In this document: positions 57,748 through 64,000 of the stretch, piece after piece
Layout of the letters: every line of letters starts with the position of its first letter
How positions within the stretch are numbered: the stretch's first letter is position 1
Program-made: the position numbers and the translations under genes
DNA from: Bacillota bacterium
GTDB lineage: Bacteria > Bacillota > Clostridia > Peptostreptococcales > Anaerovoracaceae
DNA: 64,000 nucleotides
Reading direction: 5' to 3'
NCBI GenBank assembly: GCA_017445315.1
Contig: JAFSUI010000029.1
Location: forward strand, 10,015-74,014
The notes under the pieces: model-generated
Database searches by the model: none
What the model saw: only the letters and a program-made list of their open reading frames with translations
Told to the model about the DNA's origin: nothing

Positions 57748-60192
57748 CTATTTCTTTCCGCCTTTTGCACGCCATCTCCACTCGGAAACTTCTGGCATAT
57801 CCACGCCATATTCGTGTATATACTGTTTGTGTTCCACGAGTTTATCGTTCATGATTTGGATGAGGTGTGATCCGCGATTACCAAGCTGCGGCAGATACTG
57901 AATCACATTCTTGACGAGACTGAATCTATCCACTTCGTTTTGAACACGCATGTCAAACGGCGTCGTAATAGTTCCCTCTTCCTTATATCCATAAACATGA
58001 ATATTCTTATTGTTTCTTCTATACGTAAGTTCGTGTATCAACGTATGATATCCGTGGAAAGCGAATATAATCGGCTTATCCTTTGTGAATATCGCATCAT
58101 AATCCGCGTCCTTTAGTCCGTGCGGATGCTGGGTGTTCGGCTGGAGCTTCATCAGATCCACAACATTGACAACTCTTATCTTAAGTTCAGGAAGTTCGGT
58201 ATTTAGAATCGATACCGCAGCAAGCGTCTCGAGCGTCGGTGTATCACCGCAACACGCCATCACAACATCCGGTTCGTCACCCTCGTCATTACTTGCCCAC
58301 TGCCAAATACCTATTCCCTGAGTGCAGTGCTTAACTGCTTCTTCCATATTGAGCCACTGTGGTCTCGGGTGCTTGGACGTAACAAGAACATTTACATAGT
58401 CCTTGCTCCTTATGCAGTGATCAAAGCAAGACAGCAAGCAGTTCGCATCAGGCGGAAGATACATTCTTACGACGTCTGCCTTCTTGTTTGCGATGTGATC
58501 CAAGAACCCCGGGTCCTGATGCGTGAACCCGTTGTGATCCTGCTGCCAAACATTTGATGAAAGAATCAGGTTAAGAGAAGCGATTTCCTCTCTCCACGGA
58601 AGATCCTTGCAGACCTTGAGCCATTTTGCATGCTGCGCGCACATGGAGTCAACAACTCTGATAAACGCTTCATAGCTCGCAAAGAAACCGTGGCGACCTG
58701 TAAGCAAATATCCTTCAAGCATTCCTTCGCACATATGCTCAGAAAGCATGGAGTCAACTACTCTACCGTCTTCCGCCAGGAACTCGTCTCCGGCCTCCAT
58801 ATCTGCATTCCAGTCCCTATTTGTAACCTGGAATACATTTCCGAGCCTGTTGGACATTGTCTCGTCAGGTCCAAAGATTCTAAAGTTTCTCGCGTCCTCA
58901 TTCAATTTGAAAATATCTCTAACAAAGTCCCCAAGCTCGAGCATATCCTGCGCTTCTACGCTACCCGGTTTCGGGACATCAACCGCATAATCTCTGAAGT
59001 CCGGGAGCCTTAGATCCCTTAATAGTTTTCCGCCATTCGCATAAGGAGTAGCTCCCATACGCTTATCGCCTGTCGGCGCAAGTTCCTTCAATTCAGGAAT
59101 AAGCTTTCCGTTTTTATCAAAGAGTTCATCCGGCTTATAGCTCTTAAGCCATTTTTCTACGAGCTTAAGATGCTCGGGCTTACTCATGCTGATTGGAACC
59201 TGATGAGCTCTGAATGTTCCTTCAATCTTGTTTCCGTCGACAACCTTGGGGCCGGTCCAACCCTTTGGCGTACGGAGAACTATCATTGGCCAGAGAGGTC
59301 TTTCGACATTCTTTGCCTTTACCTTGGCCCCCTTCTTACTCTTCTTAGCCTTTGCTTCCTCTCTCGCCTTATTCTGAATCGCATAGATATCGTCAAACGC
59401 ATTATCCATAGCCTCAGCCATGAGCCTATGCATCTTCATCGGTTCATCGCCCTCTACAAAATACGGCTTCCAGCCACAGCCAAGCATATAATGCTCAAGC
59501 TCTTCGTTTGGAATTCTTGAGAGAATTGTCGGATTGCTGATCTTGTATCCGTTTAGATGAAGTATCGGAAGAACTGCACCATCGGTTGCAGGATTAAGGA
59601 ATTTGTTTCCGTGCCAGGATGTTGCGAGAGGACCCGTTTCAGCCTCACCATCTCCGACAACGCAGGCAACGACAAGATTTGGGTTATCAAATACCGCACC
59701 AAAGGAATGAGCGAGCGAATAACCAAGCTCTCCGCCCTCGTGAATTGAACCCGGATTTTCCGGCGCCACGTGGCTGGAGATTCCGCCTGGGAACGAGAAC
59801 TGCTTACAGAGCTTCTTCATTCCTTCTATGTCCTCGCTCACGTTTGGATAAATCTCGCTGTAGCTTCCCTCTAGATATGTATTTGCAACAAAGAAATTTC
59901 CTCCGTGACCCGGACCCGAAATAAATACGATGTCCTGATCGCGTTCTTTGATGATTCTGTTCAGATGAACATATATAAAATTCTGTCCCGGGACTGTCCC
60001 CCAGTGACCGACTATTTTTTTCTTTACATGTTCCTTTTTTAGGGGCTTTCTCAGGAGCGGATTGTCCAAGAGATATAGCTGAGCCGCCGATAGATAATTG
60101 GTGGCTCTGAAATAGGCATCCATCTTCTCCAGGTATGCCTTTGAAACGCTGTTTTTGGTAGCTTTGCTAGCTTTGGATTTGGGATTTGCCAT
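57748..60192 (-). CDS. xfp: Phosphoketolase
   Basis: [44 protein letters not shown]. Confidence 0.96.
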   Translation of the reverse strand: MANPKSKASKATKNSVSKAYLEKMDAYFRATNYLSAAQLYLLDNPLLRKPLKKEHVKKKIVGHWGTVPGQNFIYVHLNRIIKERDQDIVFISGPGHGGNFFVANTYLEGSYSEIYPNVSEDIEGMKKLCKQFSFPGGISSHVAPENPGSIHEGGELGYSLAHSFGAVFDNPNLVVACVVGDGEAETGPLATSWHGNKFLNPATDGAVLPILHLNGYKISNPTILSRIPNEELEHYMLGCGWKPYFVEGDEPMKMHRLMAEAMDNAFDDIYAIQNKAREEAKAKKSKKGAKVKAKNVERPLWPMIVLRTPKGWTGPKVVDGNKIEGTFRAHQVPISMSKPEHLKLVEKWLKSYKPDELFDKNGKLIPELKELAPTGDKRMGATPYANGGKLLRDLRLPDFRDYAVDVPKPGSVEAQDMLELGDFVRDIFKLNEDARNFRIFGPDETMSNRLGNVFQVTNRDWNADMEAGDEFLAEDGRVVDSMLSEHMCEGMLEGYLLTGRHGFFASYEAFIRVVDSMCAQHAKWLKVCKDLPWREEIASLNLILSSNVWQQDHNGFTHQDPGFLDHIANKKADVVRMYLPPDANCLLSCFDHCIRSKDYVNVLVTSKHPRPQWLNMEEAVKHCTQGIGIWQWASNDEGDEPDVVMACCGDTPTLETLAAVSILNTELPELKIRVVNVVDLMKLQPNTQHPHGLKDADYDAIFTKDKPIIFAFHGYHTLIHELTYRRNNKNIHVYGYKEEGTITTPFDMRVQNEVDRFSLVKNVIQYLPQLGNRGSHLIQIMNDKLVEHKQYIHEYGVDMPEVSEWRWRAKGGKK

Positions 60193-60285
60193 TTATTACC
60201 TCCCTTTCTACATAACAGAAATATTATACCCCTTAGCAGGCTTCATCGCAAGAAAAAAGCAGAGCTCTGACACCATTTTGGGGCC

Positions 60286-61665
60286 TTACTCCGCCTCTTT
60301 TCTTTCGCTGAGTTTTCTCAGTATTTCAGCATGCTTTTCTCGGGTCAGCGGGTACTTTCTCACCGCTATAATCATGAGAACAACAAATACTATCGGAACA
60401 ATAGTTGTGCAGTTAAAAATCCATGTCTTTGCGGTTTCCGTCTGCATCGCGAGCGTGCTATCAAATCCCGCAGCCTTAAGTATCACACCGAGAATGACTG
60501 ATCCTATTCCCGCAGCAGCAGACTCTATAAGCCCCTGAAAAGAGACTATCGCACCGCGCCTATCCTTTCCCGTCTCCAGCAAATCATATTCGCAAACATC
60601 GTAATAAACAGACGGCATAATTTGCCAATAAAAGCTCGTGCATGTCGCACTACCGATAATGAAAACTATGAGCATAAACAATCCATTTACGCCCACAATT
60701 CTAGAAACCAAAAGGAGTGCCGCACCTAGCCCATAGAAAAGTGCCAAGGCTCCCCTCTTATCAAACTTCCTTACGATAAAAGCGGTAAGCGGAATCATAG
60801 CCGCAGAAAAGAGCGGCCTAACCAGCATGACAAGCGGAGTTTCTTCTGAGGTTAACCCAAGGTTAAACGTCAAGAAATATAAAAGGTCCGCAAGTAGAAG
60901 CGAATAACAAATCAGCCCGAGCGTACTCGCAATGATGAGATACTTCATAGGTTTTAGTCTTGCAATAGAAAAATACTCTTTAAATAATGCAACGATATTT
61001 AACTTTGGCTTTGGTTCTGCTGAAGAATAAATGGGCGGATCCTTTAGCTTTGATGCAACTACGGTAACAACAAAGGCAAGAGTTGCAAAAACACCAAGAA
61101 GTAGTCCCGTGGATGACCAGGCCGCACCCGTTGACATACCCCTTCTCTCAAGCACTCCAACAAGAAACGTCGGGAGAACCATGGTAATTACATTACCAAC
61201 GATATTGAACATAGAAGCATAGAGCCTTAGGACAGTTCTGTCCTCGTAGTCGCTTGTGTATTCGGATCCAAGTGCCATATACGGTACAAAAAATCCCGTA
61301 TAGCACGTCCAATAAAGCATCAGGATAAAGCCGTAATAGATAGGCTTAATCCCCATCGGTATGTTAAGGTCCGTAAACAAAAGGAATACGCATATTCCGG
61401 ACGGAATAGCAAAGAGAAGCATCATGGGACGACGCTTTCCGAACCTTGTTCTTACTTGGTCGGAGATAAATCCCCAGATAGGATTTATGAGTGCATTCCA
61501 AATTGCACCGATTGCAGAGATTACTCCAGCAATAGCCGGGTCTATTCCTGCAACCGTGGTTAAAAAGAACATCAAATATGTTCCAATCGCGGTATAGCAA
61601 ATGGAATCTCCTATTGATGCTGTGCCGTATCCGAGTTTTTCTTTTGTGCTTAATTTATTAGTCAT
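60286..61665 (-). CDS. Glycoside-pentoside-hexuronide (MelB-like) MFS transporter
   Basis: SDQVRTRFGKRRP, PYMAL, YPLT. Confidence 0.88.
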   Translation of the reverse strand: MTNKLSTKEKLGYGTASIGDSICYTAIGTYLMFFLTTVAGIDPAIAGVISAIGAIWNALINPIWGFISDQVRTRFGKRRPMMLLFAIPSGICVFLLFTDLNIPMGIKPIYYGFILMLYWTCYTGFFVPYMALGSEYTSDYEDRTVLRLYASMFNIVGNVITMVLPTFLVGVLERRGMSTGAAWSSTGLLLGVFATLAFVVTVVASKLKDPPIYSSAEPKPKLNIVALFKEYFSIARLKPMKYLIIASTLGLICYSLLLADLLYFLTFNLGLTSEETPLVMLVRPLFSAAMIPLTAFIVRKFDKRGALALFYGLGAALLLVSRIVGVNGLFMLIVFIIGSATCTSFYWQIMPSVYYDVCEYDLLETGKDRRGAIVSFQGLIESAAAGIGSVILGVILKAAGFDSTLAMQTETAKTWIFNCTTIVPIVFVVLMIIAVRKYPLTREKHAEILRKLSERKEAE

Positions 61666-61833
61666 AATTCGATTTGATTATAGCACATAGATTGAATTAA
61701 AGCATGCGAACAAAAAGCATTTGTCAATGAATCGTAAGGATTTAATAAGAAATCAAAGGAGCATCTATGATATAATATTTTTAGAGTAATTGGAGACATG
61801 CCGCTATTTCACTATTAGCTACGGAGAACAGAT

Positions 61834-63024
61834 ATGAGAAGCGACAGAAAGAAAAACAGAAAAAGAAAACACAGCCTGGCAAAGTTTTTTATCAAACTAC
61901 TTGTGTTAATTGTTTTTTTGGCGGGCGCAATGCTTGGCGCGCTCACGGTGCTCGATTACAATCCAGCGGATTCCGAGATGATAATCATCGCAGGAACCTC
62001 ATCCGCTCGCCCAAACCCAGGAGACACAATCAAACTGGTATCCTGGAATATCGGCTACGGTTCGCTTGGAGACAACGCTTCATTTTTTCTTGACGGCGGA
62101 AAAGATGTATTCACTTCTGACGAAGAAAGAGTTAAGCAAAACCTCTTTGACATCACAACTTTTTTGAACGAAGAAAGAGCTGATATCACATTTCTTCAAG
62201 AAGTAGATCATAGAAGCAGTAGGTCGTATAATAACGACCAATCTGTTTATATCCGTTCCCAGATAGAAGGCTCCTTTACCGCTACTTTTGCGAATAACTA
62301 TAAATCATTTTTTATACCATACCCTATCCCGCCTATTGGCAAAGTGGATAGCGGACTGCTGACACTCTCTGTGTATGACATAAATCTCTCTACCAGAATA
62401 AGCCTACCGAGTCCATATACATGGCCTATGAGCCTCCTCCAGCTTAAGCGATGCCTCATGGTTGACAGGATTCCACTTAAAGGAAGCGGCAAAGATCTCA
62501 TCGTCATAAATCTTCACCTCGAAGCATATTCAGATGAAGAATCTCATGCCGAGCAAATGAAGGTCCTGATGAATATTCTTGAAGAAGAGTATGCAAGAGG
62601 AAACTATGTCATCGCAGGTGGCGATTTTAACCATACGTTTTCAAATGTCGATTTGAGTAAATATCCACAGGATCCCGACAAATGGACACCCATGATTGTC
62701 GATACAACAGCGTTTGAGTCAAACTGGAATGTCCTTATGGACAGCAATGTTCCAAGCTGCAGACTTCTTGATAAGCCATATGTCGATGCAGATAAGAGCA
62801 CCTTCCAGTATTATATTTTGGACGGATTCATAGTCTCCAAGAATTTAAAAATCGAATCGCTTCACACAGAGCAACTCAATTTTGTAAGCAGCGATCATAA
62901 TCCAGTAATCCTAGAGGTAACGATTCCTTCGGAGACAAGTAACGAATCGGGTGAAGAATCAGGTGACGAATCAGGAGAAGCATCAGGTGACGAGTCAGGT
63001 GATGAATCAGGAGATGAAGGATGA
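61834..63024 (+). CDS. Membrane-anchored endonuclease/exonuclease/phosphatase (EEP) family protein
   Basis: SWNIGY, LQEVD, NLHLEAY, GGDFN, SDHNPV. Confidence 0.9.
   Translation: MRSDRKKNRKRKHSLAKFFIKLLVLIVFLAGAMLGALTVLDYNPADSEMIIIAGTSSARPNPGDTIKLVSWNIGYGSLGDNASFFLDGGKDVFTSDEERVKQNLFDITTFLNEERADITFLQEVDHRSSRSYNNDQSVYIRSQIEGSFTATFANNYKSFFIPYPIPPIGKVDSGLLTLSVYDINLSTRISLPSPYTWPMSLLQLKRCLMVDRIPLKGSGKDLIVINLHLEAYSDEESHAEQMKVLMNILEEEYARGNYVIAGGDFNHTFSNVDLSKYPQDPDKWTPMIVDTTAFESNWNVLMDSNVPSCRLLDKPYVDADKSTFQYYILDGFIVSKNLKIESLHTEQLNFVSSDHNPVILEVTIPSETSNESGEESGDESGEASGDESGDESGDEG
62944..63015 (+). repeat. 12-bp coding repeat (ESGD/E) x6
   Basis: gaatcaggtgac-like units at the C-terminus of the EEP protein. 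Confidence 0.9.
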
Positions 63025-63028
63025 TAAA

Positions 63029-63056
63029 AACAAAGCCGGCAGAAGCCGGCTTTGTT
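63029..63056. terminator. Terminator between the convergent EEP and feoB genes
   Basis: AACAAAGCCGGC-agaa-GCCGGCTTTGTT. Confidence 0.8.
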
Positions 63057-63061
63057 GATGC

Positions 63062-64000
63062 TTATAACAATCCAACGACTATTATCTTTGTAATAAGTGC
63101 CGCTATCCATGCGATGGCGCATTGCCATATCACAACGCCTACCGCCCAGCGCGTTCCCATCTCGCGCCTAATCGATGCAACTGCAGCTACGCAAGGAGCA
63201 TATAAAAGACTGAATACGAGAATTGACGCTGCAGATGCAGTATTTAATACGCTCTTGATTCCTGCGATTCCACCAAAGAGAACTTCCATGGTGGATACCA
63301 CGCTCTCCTTTGCCATAAAGCCAGTTATGAGAGAGGTTGCAATTCTCCAGTCTCCAAGTCCAATCGGTTCAAGCACCGGTACCATCCATCCCGCAATTGC
63401 CGCCAGCATGCTATCGTGCGAGTCAGCTACCATATTGAAATGGAAGTCAAAACTCTGAAGGAACCATACAACTATCGTCGCAACAAGTATCACCGAGAAT
63501 GCTCTCTGAAGGAAGTCCTTCGCCTTTTCCCACAGAAGCCTCATTACGTTCTTTGCGCTCGGAAGCCTATAGCTCGGGAGTTCCATAACAAACGGCACCG
63601 CCTCGCCCTTAAATATCGTTCTCTTATAAAATAGAGCAAGAAGTATTCCCACAAGAATTCCGAGAACGTAGAGTCCCGTCATTATTAGTCCGCCGCGTCC
63701 AGGGAAGAACGCCGCAACAAAGAATCCATAAATCGGAAGCTTGGCGCTACAGCTCATAAAAGGTGTAAGAAGAATCGTCATTCTTCTATCTCTTTCACTC
63801 GGAAGCGTCCTTGTCGCCATAACAGCAGGAACCGTGCATCCAAAACCGATCAGCATCGGCACTATACTTCTTCCGGATAGACCGATTTTTCTTAACAGCT
63901 TATCCAGAACAAAGGCAACTCTTGCGATATAACCGCTATCCTCAAGAAGCGACAAGAAGAAGAACATTATCACGATTATCGGAAGAAAACTAATTACACT
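63062..64000 (-). CDS. feoB: Ferrous iron transport protein B (C-terminal part; 5' end outside the window)
   Basis: LEDSGY.AR.AF, GFGCTVPA, FMSCSAKLP, FVMELP.Y, AKESVV, LY.PC.A. Confidence 0.95.
   Translation of the reverse strand, partial: SVISFLPIIVIMFFFLSLLEDSGYIARVAFVLDKLLRKIGLSGRSIVPMLIGFGCTVPAVMATRTLPSERDRRMTILLTPFMSCSAKLPIYGFFVAAFFPGRGGLIMTGLYVLGILVGILLALFYKRTIFKGEAVPFVMELPSYRLPSAKNVMRLLWEKAKDFLQRAFSVILVATIVVWFLQSFDFHFNMVADSHDSMLAAIAGWMVPVLEPIGLGDWRIATSLITGFMAKESVVSTMEVLFGGIAGIKSVLNTASAASILVFSLLYAPCVAAVASIRREMGTRWAVGVVIWQCAIAWIAALITKIIVVGLL

Overview
Mostly core chromosome of an anaerobic Firmicute, probably Clostridia. The mtaB-hit-rpsU-yqeY-phoH-ybeY-cdd-era-recO-glyQS-ppdK order and the single-subunit GlyRS suggest a Peptostreptococcales/Anaerovoracaceae-like lineage (inference). 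About 50 CDS, mostly on the minus strand. I found no integrase, transposase, phage gene, rRNA or CRISPR array. The most unusual signals are: (1) a tRNA-like 3' end (T-stem, acceptor strand, CCA) at the window start, preceded by a structured insert of at least 90 nt where the T-loop should be; (2) directly downstream, an unannotated type I toxin-antitoxin locus with a 27-aa hydrophobic peptide, 5'-3' long-range mRNA pairing and a convergent antisense RNA with its own promoter and terminator; (3) three intact apparent pseudo-enzymes: two paralogous M3 oligopeptidases that lost HExxH in different ways and bracket a Rex-boxed [FeFe]-hydrogenase operon, plus an L,D-transpeptidase with His->Gln and Cys->Ser; (4) four genes with exact leaderless promoter geometry; (5) a membrane-anchored repeat protein with a (WQPGDG)n Trp-rich core; (6) a REP/MITE-like palindrome and a terminator-bounded candidate sRNA. 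All calls come from reading motifs by eye; no searches were run.
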